A stretch of DNA of 64,000 bases from contig DXZT01000050.1 in the NCBI GenBank assembly GCA_019419545.1, positions 35,840 through 99,839 on the forward strand. The letters are read 5' to 3'. A program made the position numbers and the translations under genes. A model generated the notes under the pieces. It was given only the letters and a program-made list of their open reading frames with translations. It did no database searches and was not told the DNA's origin. How positions within the stretch are numbered: position 1 is the first letter of the stretch; the number at the start of each line of letters is the position of its first letter. Origin of the DNA: Collinsella sp. Its GTDB lineage: Bacteria > Actinomycetota > Coriobacteriia > Coriobacteriales > Coriobacteriaceae. This document shows, piece by piece, positions 19,027-29,068 of this stretch.

Positions 19027-20505
19027 TTAGAGCATCACGCAAGCGACGGTCAGGATGATGGCGCAGACGACGGAGAGAGCGACGATGAGCTTAAGAGCAA
19101 ACTTGAGCCAGGTCGTCCACTCGATCTTGGCCAGGGCAAGACCGCCCATGATGGCGCCAGAGGTCGGGGTGAACAGGTTCACGACGCCGATGGCGGCGGA
19201 GAAGATCATAACCATGACCTCGGGCGAGAAGCCGAGCTTAACAGCCAGCGGTCCCATGATGGGCATGGAGACAGTAGCCATACCGGAGGTCGAGGGGATC
19301 AGGAAGGACAGGCCAAAGTAGACCAGGAAGCTCATGGGAGCGAAAATCACGCCGGACAGGCCAGCCAAAGCATTGGCGGCAGCGTCGAGGACGTAGACGT
19401 CGAGGCCGGTGCTAGCCATGAGGACGGAGATACCACGGGCGAGGGCGATGACGAGAACAACGGACATCATGTCGGCAGCGCCGGTGATGAAGGTGTTGAC
19501 GATCTGCTTCTCGGACAGGCCACCGATGATACCGATCAGGACGGCCATGAGGAAGAACCAGGTGGAAGCCTCGTCGAAGTACCACTGACCAATGGGCAGG
19601 CCGGTGATCAGGGCAGACCAGCCCTGGACGACGGCGTTACCGTCGGCGTCGTAGACAGCGCCAGCGTCAAAGAAGTTGGCGACGCCCTCGTTGAGGTCGG
19701 CCAGCGGGATGAAGCCGACGATCATGACGACGAAGGTGAAGGCAAAGGCGATCAGAACACCCTTCTGACGACCGGTGAGCTTGACCTCCTTGTTAACCTC
19801 GGAAGCAGCCTTGCCGTGAGCCTCTTCGGCGTCCTTGAGCTCCTGCATCGAAAGGATGGTGGAACCCTTGTCAGCCTTGACCTTCTTGGCATAGCTCATG
19901 ACGAAGAAGATGGACATGGCGGGGGTAACAATCCACAGGACGGCACCGAGGCCGATGATGATGGACTGGTTGACCTCAATGCCAACACCGGTCAGAGCGT
20001 CGACGGCAGCGCCGACGGCGAACGGGTTAACCGTGGAGCCGAGGCAGCCGCAGCCAGCGCCGAGCAGGACAGTAGCGGCGCCGACCATGGGGTCGAAGCC
20101 AGCAGCCATCATGGTAGCGGCGAGCAGGGCGTAGAAGGGAACGGTCTCCTCGCACATACCATAGGTGGTACCACCGAGGGAGAAGATGAGCATCAGCACG
20201 GGAATGAGCATGATCTCATTGCCCTTAAGCTTCTGCACCAGAACGGCAATGCCGTTGTCCAGGGCGCCGGTCTCGGTCATCATGCCGAGGAAGCCGCCGA
20301 GGATCATAACGAAGAGGCAGACGGGCAGAGCGTCAGCGAAGCCCTTGACCGGGGCGGTGCAGAAATCGCTCAGGCGGGCAGCGGTAACCGCGCCACCGGA
20401 CGTACCGGAGACGATAACGGTAACAACCGCGACAATTGCCAGCAGAGCAAGAAGAATGGTGAACGATGAAGGCATACCGCGCTTTTTCTTAGCGGTCTCA
20501 GTCAT
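19027..20505 (-). CDS. arcD: YfcC-family arginine/ornithine antiporter
   Basis: MPSSFTIL, GGTTYGMCEETVPFY, STVNPFAVG, LIPSTSGMA, PTSGAIMGGL; follows arcB. Confidence 0.88.
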   Translation of the reverse strand: MTETAKKKRGMPSSFTILLALLAIVAVVTVIVSGTSGGAVTAARLSDFCTAPVKGFADALPVCLFVMILGGFLGMMTETGALDNGIAVLVQKLKGNEIMLIPVLMLIFSLGGTTYGMCEETVPFYALLAATMMAAGFDPMVGAATVLLGAGCGCLGSTVNPFAVGAAVDALTGVGIEVNQSIIIGLGAVLWIVTPAMSIFFVMSYAKKVKADKGSTILSMQELKDAEEAHGKAASEVNKEVKLTGRQKGVLIAFAFTFVVMIVGFIPLADLNEGVANFFDAGAVYDADGNAVVQGWSALITGLPIGQWYFDEASTWFFLMAVLIGIIGGLSEKQIVNTFITGAADMMSVVLVIALARGISVLMASTGLDVYVLDAAANALAGLSGVIFAPMSFLVYFGLSFLIPSTSGMATVSMPIMGPLAVKLGFSPEVMVMIFSAAIGVVNLFTPTSGAIMGGLALAKIEWTTWLKFALKLIVALSVVCAIILTVACVML

Positions 20506-20605
20506 AGTTCTCATCCCCCCTTCATAAATCATTTACTGATCTCGCCCAAAGCGGCTCTTCCGTGCCGTGCATGTCGCTCGGTGCGAGATTTTTACCAGAC
20601 AAAAG

Positions 20606-20638
20606 CGCTCGGGGTGCGCAGCAATGCACCCCGAGCGA
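20606..20638 (-). terminator. Hairpin/terminator between arcB and arcD
   Basis: CGCTCGGGGTGC...GCACCCCGAGCG stem followed by a short U-tract on the minus strand. Confidence 0.55.
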
Positions 20639-20652
20639 GATGCTAGATGCTC

Positions 20653-21648
20653 TTACTTGAGCGTAGCGTACATGACAGCCTTGATGGTGTGCATGCGGTT
20701 CTCGGCCTCGTCGAAGACCTTGGAAGCGGGGCTCTCGAAGACCTCGTCGGTGACCTCCTGCTCGGTGATGCCGAACTGCTCGCACTTCTCGGCGCCAATC
20801 GTGGTGTTGGTGTCGTGGAAGCTGGGCAGGCAGTGCAGGAAGATGGCACCCGGGTTGGCCATAGCCATGACCTCAGAGGTAACGCGATACGGGGTGAGCT
20901 GAGCGATGCGCTCGGCCCAGACCTCGTCAGGCTCGCCCATGGAGACCCACACGTCGGTGTAGAGAACGTCGGCACCGGTGACGCCGTCCTTGACGTCGGT
21001 GGTCAGCTTGATGGTGCAGCCGTTAGCCTCAGCGATGGGCTTGCAGGCCTCGATGACGTCGTCAGCGGGCATGCACTCCTCGGGGCCGCAGGCCACGAAG
21101 TTCATGCCGAGCTTGGAGCAGACGACCATGAGGGAGCGAGCAACGTTGTTCTTGCAGTCGCCCATGAAGACGAGGGTCTTGCCCTTGATGTCGTAGTTGA
21201 AGTTCTCCTGGACGGTCAGGATGTCGGCGAGCATCTGGGTGGGATGCCACTCAGTGGTCAGGCCGTTCCACACGGGCACGCCGGACTTAGCAGCGAGCTC
21301 CTCGACGTCGTCCTGGGCAAAGCCACGGAACTCGATGCCATCATACATGCGGCCGAGAACGCGGGCGGTATCCTCGATGGACTCCTTCTTGCCCATCTGC
21401 GACGAACCCGGATCGAGGTAGGTGACGCCCATGCCCAGATCCATGCCGCCGACCTCGAAGGCGCAGCGGGTACGAGTGGAGGTCTTCTGGAAGAGCAGAA
21501 CGATGTTCTTGCCCTCGAGATAGCGGTGCGGAACGCCAGCGCGCTTCATATCCTTGAAGTTCTTGGAGAGCTTGAGCAGGTACTCGATCTCCTCGGTGGT
21601 GAGGTCGAGGAGCTTGAGGAAGCTACGGCCGGAGAGGTTAACACCCAT
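20653..21648 (-). CDS. arcB: Catabolic ornithine carbamoyltransferase
   Basis: STRTR, HPTQ, DVWVSMG, HCLP, AENRMHTIKA; lies within the arc operon. Confidence 0.96.
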   Translation of the reverse strand: MGVNLSGRSFLKLLDLTTEEIEYLLKLSKNFKDMKRAGVPHRYLEGKNIVLLFQKTSTRTRCAFEVGGMDLGMGVTYLDPGSSQMGKKESIEDTARVLGRMYDGIEFRGFAQDDVEELAAKSGVPVWNGLTTEWHPTQMLADILTVQENFNYDIKGKTLVFMGDCKNNVARSLMVVCSKLGMNFVACGPEECMPADDVIEACKPIAEANGCTIKLTTDVKDGVTGADVLYTDVWVSMGEPDEVWAERIAQLTPYRVTSEVMAMANPGAIFLHCLPSFHDTNTTIGAEKCEQFGITEQEVTDEVFESPASKVFDEAENRMHTIKAVMYATLK

Positions 21649-21753
21649 GGTTCGATTCCTTTCGAAGAAATGAATTACGTAAGTATTAGTGTTGCCCGTT
21701 TAACGGGCGAAGCCGGTGCGGTTGTAGGGGGACCGCACCGGAAACGGAAAGAC

Positions 21754-22995
21754 TTAGAGGTCCTCGCGCCAGAAGGGCATGCTCATGCAGCGCGGGCCGC
21801 CGCGGCCGCGGGAGAGCTCGGCGGAGGGCACGACGAGAAGGTCCAGGCCCTCCTTGTACAGCACGTCGTTGGTGACGGTGTTGCGGGCGTAGACGCAGAT
21901 CTTGCCGGGCTCGACGCACAGGGTGTTGGAGCCGTCGTTCCACTGCTCGCGGGAGGCCGCGATCGGGTCGCCGCCGCCGCAGGGGATCAGCTTGACCTGG
22001 TCGACGCCGGTGGCGTCCTCCAGGACGTGCTCGAGGGTGTCCTCGATCAGGCGGATGTTCACGTCGCCCGGGTTCTTGCCGGCGGTCAGCTCGTAGACGC
22101 GCAGGGTGCCCATGATGGCGGGGTGGATCGTGAACTTATCGACGTCGATCTGGGTGAAGACCGTGTCGAGGTGCATGAAGGCGCGCGAGACGGGGATGTC
22201 GAAGGCCAGGATGCGCTCGACCTTGGAGTCGGAGTTCCAGAAGATGTTCTGGGCCATGACGTCGATGGCGGCCGCCTGGGTGCGCTGGGAGATGCCGACG
22301 GCGAGGGTCTTCTCGTTGATGTTCAGCACGTCGCCGCCCTCGGTGTGGAACTGGCAGTCGCGGCGGAAGTACAGGGAGACGTCCTTGTAGTCGGGGTGGT
22401 ACTTGAAGACGTACTTGCCGTACAGGGTCTCGCGGTTGCGGGTGACCGAGTACATGCGGTTGAGGTTGACGCCCTCGCCGACGACCGCGAACGGGTCGCG
22501 GGTGAAGTAGAGGTTGGGCATCGGGTCGATGATCAGGTCGGACTCGGACTCGGAGTTGACCAGGGAGTCGAGGGTCGTGGACGCCGTGAGGGGCATGTCG
22601 ATCTCGGCCTTGGTCATGCCGGCCATGGTCTTCTTGACGAACTCGAGGTTGTCCTCGATGGAGTCCAGCTTCTCGCGGACGATCTGCGGCATGTGCTGGC
22701 CGCGGATGCCTGCCTCGGCGATGTACTGGTCGGTGAACTCGGCGCGGGCGCCGGGGACCTGGTCGAACACCTCGGCGACGAGGTTCTCGAGGTAGAGGAC
22801 CTCCACGCCCTGGTCCCTCAGGATCTGGGCGAAGGTGTCGTGCTCCTGCTGCGCGACCTCCAGGAACGGGACGTCGTCGAACAGGAGTCGCTCGAGCTCG
22901 TCGGGCGGCAGGTTGAGGAGCTCGTCGCCGGGACGGTGCAGGCAGACCTTCCTGAGCTTGCCGATCTCGGAAGGCACGTGCAGACCTTTCGTCAT
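21754..22995 (-). CDS. arcA: Arginine deiminase, copy 1
   Basis: SEIGKLRKV, LLFDD, PMPNLYFTRD, EGGD, FMHLDT, ELSRGRGGPRCMSMP. Confidence 0.98.
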   Translation of the reverse strand: MTKGLHVPSEIGKLRKVCLHRPGDELLNLPPDELERLLFDDVPFLEVAQQEHDTFAQILRDQGVEVLYLENLVAEVFDQVPGARAEFTDQYIAEAGIRGQHMPQIVREKLDSIEDNLEFVKKTMAGMTKAEIDMPLTASTTLDSLVNSESESDLIIDPMPNLYFTRDPFAVVGEGVNLNRMYSVTRNRETLYGKYVFKYHPDYKDVSLYFRRDCQFHTEGGDVLNINEKTLAVGISQRTQAAAIDVMAQNIFWNSDSKVERILAFDIPVSRAFMHLDTVFTQIDVDKFTIHPAIMGTLRVYELTAGKNPGDVNIRLIEDTLEHVLEDATGVDQVKLIPCGGGDPIAASREQWNDGSNTLCVEPGKICVYARNTVTNDVLYKEGLDLLVVPSAELSRGRGGPRCMSMPFWREDL

Positions 22996-23077
22996 GGCCT
23001 CCTACCTTTCTTTCGGGCCCTTGTCAGGGCCGATTCGTTAGCGCCCCTCCGTGTGAGGCGTTATTGCTGACGACATA

Positions 23078-23144
23078 TTTATATCCAAAATCAGCCCATA
23101 CTTCCACCTTGCCCCCGAACGGTTTTTTATAGGGGGTGAACGGC
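23078..23144 (-). promoter_or_regulatory. arcA1 promoter with LytTR-type direct repeats
   Basis: GCCGTTCAC-N12-ACCGTTCGG, weak -35 TGGAAG, TATAAA -10 at 23083-23078. Confidence 0.55.
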
Positions 23145-23480
23145 ATACACATATACTTCACGCATGGCACACTTCATCTTAATAAAGCGTATTTACGTGC
23201 TTAAACGCGTTTTCAATCCTAAAATCAAATGGAACTTACCTTTGTTAAACCATCCTCAAATTGCATATTTCCACTAAAGCTATGAATAGAATTAGCGGTT
23301 CATACCGCGTCTCAACCATTTTCATTTTTATTCAGAAAAAAGTTTGTCCTATTCATTTCTGGTAAATAAATTACCGTTTACCAGACGCTTGATACCGTTC
23401 ACCGGAAACTCAGTATAAGGCCCAGCGGATACCGGCTCGCTTTACGGCCCCATTTGTAACAACTTGACTTCTCGGTATAG

Positions 23481-23522
23481 AAAAACGGGCCCGCTTCCCC
23501 TAGAGGAACGGGTCCGTTTTCG
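23481..23522. terminator. Probable bidirectional terminator downstream of arcT
   Basis: AAAAACGGGCCCG...CGGGTCCGTTTT. Confidence 0.65.
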
Positions 23523-23569
23523 ATTATCTTCGGCCAATTTAGATAAGGCCCTCGAAGATCATCGGAATC

Positions 23570-24694
23570 CTAGCGATCAAACTCCGCCAGCGCCTCGCCC
23601 AAAAGCCTCAGGCCCTCGCGCAGAACGTCCTCGCTCGCGCAGTAGCCCAGGCGTGCGCCACAGGGAAGCTCAAAGCGGCTGCCGGGTACCAGCAGCACTC
23701 CCCTCTCGGACAGCAGACGCTTGCAGAACTCCTCGTCGTCCTCGGGAATATCCAGCTGGATTAACGAGGTAGACACGCCCTGTGGGGCTGTCCAGGAAAC
23801 ACGATGCTGCGTATCGATCCAAGCCTGCGCGATATCGCGGTTGCCAAACACGATCTTGCGATTGCGCTCGAGGATCTTGTCCTTGTGCTCAAGCACATAG
23901 GTCGCCAGGGCGTCGTTGAACACACCGCCGCAGATCATGGTGTAATCGCGATAGGTGCGGATTCGGTTGGATATCTCTTCGTCTGCCACGACCCAGCCCA
24001 CGCGTGCCGCAGGCGTCGAATAGGTCTTCGACAACGAGTTGGTGACAATGGCCCTCTCGTACACGTCAGCCATCGACATAAAGGCCTCGGTGTTCTCAAG
24101 CGGCAGGTACACCTCGTCGCACAGCACATAGGCGCCCACCGAGCGGGCGATCTCGGCAATCTGGCCGAGCATATCGGCATCGAGCACCGTACCGATGGGG
24201 TTCGATGCGTTGTTGATGCAGATGAGCTTCGTGTTGGGACGAACGAGGCGCTTGAGCTGTTCGATATCGGGTTTCCATCCGAGCCCCTCGCGAAGCTCCC
24301 AATACTCGACCTCGGCGCCGAGCGTACGTGGGATCTCATAGAGCGGCGCATAGGTAGGCCACTCGGCGATAACGTGGTCGCCGGGCTCGACCACGGCCAT
24401 GATGGCGTTGAGGTTCGCACCCGTGCAGCCATTGGTCTGCAGAATGTGGTCGGGATTGACCTCGCGACGATACAGCTTGGCAACCTCGGCCTTAAACTCC
24501 GGCGAGCCCTCGATCCAACCGTAGTTCATCTTCTCGCGGTCCAGGCGCTCGTAGAACGTGGCGCCGTCCTGCTCATCGAGCGCGCGCAGCTCGCCCATGG
24601 TGAGCGACGAGATCGTCGACTGGGCGATGTCCCACGTGGCACTCTTCTCCCAAACGTTGAGCCATTCCTCAACGCCAATCGTCTTGATGTCCAT
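23570..24694 (-). CDS. arcT: PLP-dependent class I/II aminotransferase, ArcT-like
   Basis: GVEEWLNVWE, NNASNPIG, CDEVY, NSLSKTYS, RVGW; arc context as in lactobacilli; AAGGAG RBS. Confidence 0.8.
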   Translation of the reverse strand: MDIKTIGVEEWLNVWEKSATWDIAQSTISSLTMGELRALDEQDGATFYERLDREKMNYGWIEGSPEFKAEVAKLYRREVNPDHILQTNGCTGANLNAIMAVVEPGDHVIAEWPTYAPLYEIPRTLGAEVEYWELREGLGWKPDIEQLKRLVRPNTKLICINNASNPIGTVLDADMLGQIAEIARSVGAYVLCDEVYLPLENTEAFMSMADVYERAIVTNSLSKTYSTPAARVGWVVADEEISNRIRTYRDYTMICGGVFNDALATYVLEHKDKILERNRKIVFGNRDIAQAWIDTQHRVSWTAPQGVSTSLIQLDIPEDDEEFCKRLLSERGVLLVPGSRFELPCGARLGYCASEDVLREGLRLLGEALAEFDR

Positions 24695-24843
24695 GGCCAA
24701 GCTCCTTACAAAAGCAGTCATCCAATCGTGTTGACGTCCCTCATACAAGATTAGGGCGGTGCGAAAACCCGCACCGCCCCAATGGGAGACATCTAATGGC
24801 AGCTAGATGTATGTATCAAGACCTGTACGGGTCCTTGAAGACC

Positions 24844-26085
24844 CTAGAGGTCCTCGCGCCAGAAGGGCATGCTCATGCAGCGCGGGCCGCCGCGGCCGCG
24901 GGAGAGCTCGGCGGAGGGCACGACGAGAAGGTCCAGGCCCTCCTTGTACAGCACGTCGTTGGTGACGGTGTTGCGGGCGTAGACGCAGATCTTGCCGGGC
25001 TCGACGCACAGGGTGTTGGAGCCGTCGTTCCACTGCTCGCGGGAGGCCGCGATCGGGTCGCCGCCGCCGCAGGGGATCAGCTTGACCTGGTCGACGCCGG
25101 TGGCGTCCTCCAGGACGTGCTCGAGGGTGTCCTCGATCAGGCGGATGTTCACGTCGCCCGGGTTCTTGCCGGCGGTCAGCTCGTAGACGCGCAGGGTGCC
25201 CATGATGGCGGGGTGGATCGTGAACTTATCGACGTCGATCTGGGTGAAGACCGTGTCGAGGTGCATGAAGGCGCGCGAGACGGGGATGTCGAAGGCCAGG
25301 ATGCGCTCGACCTTGGAGTCGGAGTTCCAGAAGATGTTCTGGGCCATGACGTCGATGGCGGCCGCCTGGGTGCGCTGGGAGATGCCGACGGCGAGGGTCT
25401 TCTCGTTGATGTTCAGCACGTCGCCGCCCTCGGTGTGGAACTGGCAGTCGCGGCGGAAGTACAGGGAGACGTCCTTGTAGTCGGGGTGGTACTTGAAGAC
25501 GTACTTGCCGTACAGGGTCTCGCGGTTGCGGGTGACCGAGTACATGCGGTTGAGGTTGACGCCCTCGCCGACGACCGCGAACGGGTCGCGGGTGAAGTAG
25601 AGGTTGGGCATCGGGTCGATGATCAGGTCGGACTCGGACTCGGAGTTGACCAGGGAGTCGAGGGTCGTGGACGCCGTGAGGGGCATGTCGATCTCGGCCT
25701 TGGTCATGCCGGCCATGGTCTTCTTGACGAACTCGAGGTTGTCCTCGATGGAGTCCAGCTTCTCGCGGACGATCTGCGGCATGTGCTGGCCGCGGATGCC
25801 TGCCTCGGCGATGTACTGGTCGGTGAACTCGGCGCGGGCGCCGGGGACCTGGTCGAACACCTCGGCGACGAGGTTCTCGAGGTAGAGGACCTCCACGCCC
25901 TGGTCCCTCAGGATCTGGGCGAAGGTGTCGTGCTCCTGCTGCGCGACCTCCAGGAACGGGACGTCGTCGAACAGGAGTCGCTCGAGCTCGTCGGGCGGCA
26001 GGTTGAGGAGCTCGTCGCCGGGACGGTGCAGGCAGACCTTCCTGAGCTTGCCGATCTCGGAAGGCACGTGCAGACCTTTCGTCAT
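24844..26085 (-). CDS. arcA: Arginine deiminase, copy 2
   Basis: Protein identical to copy 1; only the stop codon differs (TAG vs TAA). Confidence 0.98.
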   Translation of the reverse strand: MTKGLHVPSEIGKLRKVCLHRPGDELLNLPPDELERLLFDDVPFLEVAQQEHDTFAQILRDQGVEVLYLENLVAEVFDQVPGARAEFTDQYIAEAGIRGQHMPQIVREKLDSIEDNLEFVKKTMAGMTKAEIDMPLTASTTLDSLVNSESESDLIIDPMPNLYFTRDPFAVVGEGVNLNRMYSVTRNRETLYGKYVFKYHPDYKDVSLYFRRDCQFHTEGGDVLNINEKTLAVGISQRTQAAAIDVMAQNIFWNSDSKVERILAFDIPVSRAFMHLDTVFTQIDVDKFTIHPAIMGTLRVYELTAGKNPGDVNIRLIEDTLEHVLEDATGVDQVKLIPCGGGDPIAASREQWNDGSNTLCVEPGKICVYARNTVTNDVLYKEGLDLLVVPSAELSRGRGGPRCMSMPFWREDL

Positions 26086-26167
26086 GGCCTCCTACCTTTC
26101 TTTCGGGCCTTACTGGCCGAATGTATCAGCGCCCCTCCATATGGGACGCTGCTTGCTGACAGCTCTA

Positions 26168-26234
26168 GTTATATCCAAAAATCACCCGCAATTCCACCTC
26201 GCCCCCGAACGGTCAACAAAGTGCGATGAACGGT
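26168..26234 (-). promoter_or_regulatory. arcA2 promoter with LytTR-type direct repeats
   Basis: ACCGTTCAT-N12-ACCGTTCGG, weak -35 TGGAAT, TATAAC -10; same geometry as the arcA1 promoter. Confidence 0.55.
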
Positions 26235-26642
26235 ATATCGCATGTGATTCCCCCATGATGCACTTCGGCGCTCTAAAGTACCTTTTCAAAGGTAAACGCT
26301 CTTTTTCCTATAAATTATCCCCTATCGCATCTATAAATCCATGATTCAGAATTGCATAGGTAAAACGGTTTTATGTATATAAATGAAGCTAGCCCACGTT
26401 TTGGACCGAATTCGATGATATTCAGCTTGCCATCATTCTTATTCACGCATCCTTATCAGTTGAGTGAGAATATTGAACGCTAGCAATAGTGTCGCGAGCG
26501 TTCGTTCTATGGCCGGGCATCGTAAGAAGTAGGTAAAGATACCGTTCGCGCGATACGTCCGTGCCAGCGGGCGACTAAATTGAGACAATAGTAAATAGAG
26601 TTGGGCTATCGTCCCCTGCGGGGACTGAACGGACAGATGCAT

Positions 26643-29045
26643 ATGCCGAGCAAAACCGAAAAGAAGCAAAAGGCCGCCAAGTTGCGCAAGCCGCCACGTG
26701 ATTTTTCGTATACGCAAAACCGAGAGCTTAGCTGGCTGCGCTTTGACAACCGCGTACTTGACGAGGCATTCGACGAGACCGTTCCGCTGTTTGAGCGCCT
26801 AAAGTTCGTGTCGATCTTCGAGTCCAACCTCGACGAGTTTCTCATGGTGCGCGTGGGCGGCCTGTCCGACCTGGCAGAGCTCAAAAAACAGCCTGTCGAC
26901 AACAAGAGCAATATGACCGCCTCCGAACAGGTCGATGCCGTCATGGCCGAAATGCCCGGGCTCCTTACCCGATGGGAGTCCATCTTTAAGAGCATCGAGG
27001 GCAAGCTCGACGCCCTGGGCGTTCACCGCGCCCGCATCGATTCGCTTACGCCCGAGGAGCGCACCTTTGTAACCCGCTACTTCCAGGCCTACGTGTCGCC
27101 GGTCATCTCGCCGTTGGTCATTGACCCGCGCCATCCCTTCCCCAACCTGCGCAACGGTGCACTCTACCTGGCTTGTGGCCTGGACGGCGTCACCGACGAA
27201 GAGAGCCTGCTGGGCCTTATCGAGATCCCCGCCTCGATGAACCGCGTGGTCGAGATCCCCTCGCCCACCGGCACCTACTCCTACATTCTGCTCGAGGACG
27301 TCATCCTCGCCTGCCTGGACAGCTGCTTTGGCTCCTATAAGCCGCTCGACCGCGCGCTCATCCGCGTCACCCGCAACGCCGACATCGATCCGGACGGCGA
27401 GGGCGTCGAGGAGGAAGAGGACTACCGCCAGCACATGAAGCGCATCCTCAAGAAGCGCCTGCGTCTGCAGCCGGTAGTGCTCGCGGTCTCGGGGTCGCTC
27501 GAGAAGGCGACGCTCAAGACCATCCGCAAGGCTCTCGAGCTTTCTCGCCGCTCGGTCTTTACCTGCGATATCCCGCTCGACCTGGGCTACGTCTTCGGCA
27601 TTGAGGGCAAGATTCCCGAGCATCTACGCAACGAGCTGCTCTTTACGCCGTTTAAGCCGCAGCCCAACCCCACCATCGACATGTCCCGTTCCATCCGCGA
27701 GCAGGTGCTGCAACACGACAAGCTGCTCTTTTACCCTTACGAGGCCATGAATCCGTTCTTGGACCTGGTGCACGAAGCAGCCTACGACCCCGAGTGCATC
27801 TCGCTGCGCATCACGCTCTACCGCGTGGCCAAGCAGAGCCGCCTGTGCGAGTCGCTGATCGATGCCGCCGAGAACGGCAAAGAGGTCACGGTGCTCATGG
27901 AGCTCCGCGCGCGCTTTGACGAGCAGAACAACATCGAGTGGGCCGAGCGCCTGGAAGAGGCCGGCTGCACCGTCATCTACGGCTCCGAGGGCTTTAAGTG
28001 CCACTCCAAGATCTGCCAGCTCACCTATCGCGAGGGCATGGCGCTAACGCGCCTGACGCTGCTGGGCACCGGCAACTTTAACGAGAAGACGGCCAAACTC
28101 TACAGCGACTTTATGCTCATGACCGCTCACCCCGGCATCGGCGAGGACGCCAACCTGTTCTTCCGCAACCTGTCGCTGGGCAACCTGCGCGGCGATTACC
28201 GCTTCCTGGGTGTGGCGCCCGTCGGACTGAAACCGCTCATCATGCGCGGGCTTGACCGCGAGATCCAGCGCGCCCTCGCCGGCGAGCCCGCCCGCGTGTT
28301 CTTTAAACTCAACTCGCTCACCGACCGCGAGGTCATCGACAAGATCGCCGAGGCATCGTGCGCAGGAGTCCGCGTGGACATGATCATCCGCGGCATCTCG
28401 TGCCTCAAGCCGGGCGTTCCTGGCAAGACCGAGAACGTGCATGTCCGTTCTATCGTCGGACGCTTTTTGGAGCATGCGCGCGTTTACGCCTTTGGCGTGG
28501 ACTCGGACATGATCTATCTGAGCTCGGCCGACATGATGACACGCAACACCGAGCACCGCGTGGAGATCGCCTTCCCCGTGCTCGACCCCACCTGCCGCGC
28601 CCTGGTGCACGAGTACATGAGCATGCAGCTGCGCGACAACGTGAAGGCCCGCAGCCTCACGAGCGACGGCACCTGGGTCCCCGTGGAGCGCGCAGAGGGT
28701 GAGAAACCCTTCAACTCGCAGGAAGCCCTGCTGGAGCGTGCCTACCGCAACGCCGAGGCCGCGCCCGAGCCCGTCATTGAGGCAAAGCCCGCACCTGCTC
28801 CTAAGCCGCAGCCGGCCACACCCGAGGTTCAGAAGGTCCAGGCGACCGTCATTGAGCCCGAGCCCGCACCTGCACCTCAGCCCGAGCCGCAGGCAGCTAA
28901 GCCCGCACCCGAGACGAGCGCCCGTCGCGATAAGCCCGCCGGCAAGACCAAGGCCATCGAGCGCCATCGCCCCGGTCGTGTGCGCATGGGCCTGGGCCTG
29001 ATCGGCCTGGGTCTTAAGACGCTCATTACCGGCAAGACGAAATAG
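26643..29045 (+). CDS. ppk1: Polyphosphate kinase 1 with a C-terminal low-complexity extension
   Basis: NRELSWL, SNLDEFLMVRV, TLYRVA, ELRARFDE, KCHSK, GRFLEHAR, SADMMTRN. Confidence 0.96.
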   Translation: MPSKTEKKQKAAKLRKPPRDFSYTQNRELSWLRFDNRVLDEAFDETVPLFERLKFVSIFESNLDEFLMVRVGGLSDLAELKKQPVDNKSNMTASEQVDAVMAEMPGLLTRWESIFKSIEGKLDALGVHRARIDSLTPEERTFVTRYFQAYVSPVISPLVIDPRHPFPNLRNGALYLACGLDGVTDEESLLGLIEIPASMNRVVEIPSPTGTYSYILLEDVILACLDSCFGSYKPLDRALIRVTRNADIDPDGEGVEEEEDYRQHMKRILKKRLRLQPVVLAVSGSLEKATLKTIRKALELSRRSVFTCDIPLDLGYVFGIEGKIPEHLRNELLFTPFKPQPNPTIDMSRSIREQVLQHDKLLFYPYEAMNPFLDLVHEAAYDPECISLRITLYRVAKQSRLCESLIDAAENGKEVTVLMELRARFDEQNNIEWAERLEEAGCTVIYGSEGFKCHSKICQLTYREGMALTRLTLLGTGNFNEKTAKLYSDFMLMTAHPGIGEDANLFFRNLSLGNLRGDYRFLGVAPVGLKPLIMRGLDREIQRALAGEPARVFFKLNSLTDREVIDKIAEASCAGVRVDMIIRGISCLKPGVPGKTENVHVRSIVGRFLEHARVYAFGVDSDMIYLSSADMMTRNTEHRVEIAFPVLDPTCRALVHEYMSMQLRDNVKARSLTSDGTWVPVERAEGEKPFNSQEALLERAYRNAEAAPEPVIEAKPAPAPKPQPATPEVQKVQATVIEPEPAPAPQPEPQAAKPAPETSARRDKPAGKTKAIERHRPGRVRMGLGLIGLGLKTLITGKTK

Positions 29046-29068
29046 TCGTTTGTAGAAGCAGTTTGTAG

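Noticed and set aside
23281..26390. ARG-box-like AT-rich words upstream of the arcA copies (e.g. TATGAATAGAATTAGC at 23281, TATGTATATAAATGAAG at 26372)
   Set aside because: Only half or multiply mismatched sites in AT-rich DNA, and not positionally conserved between copies
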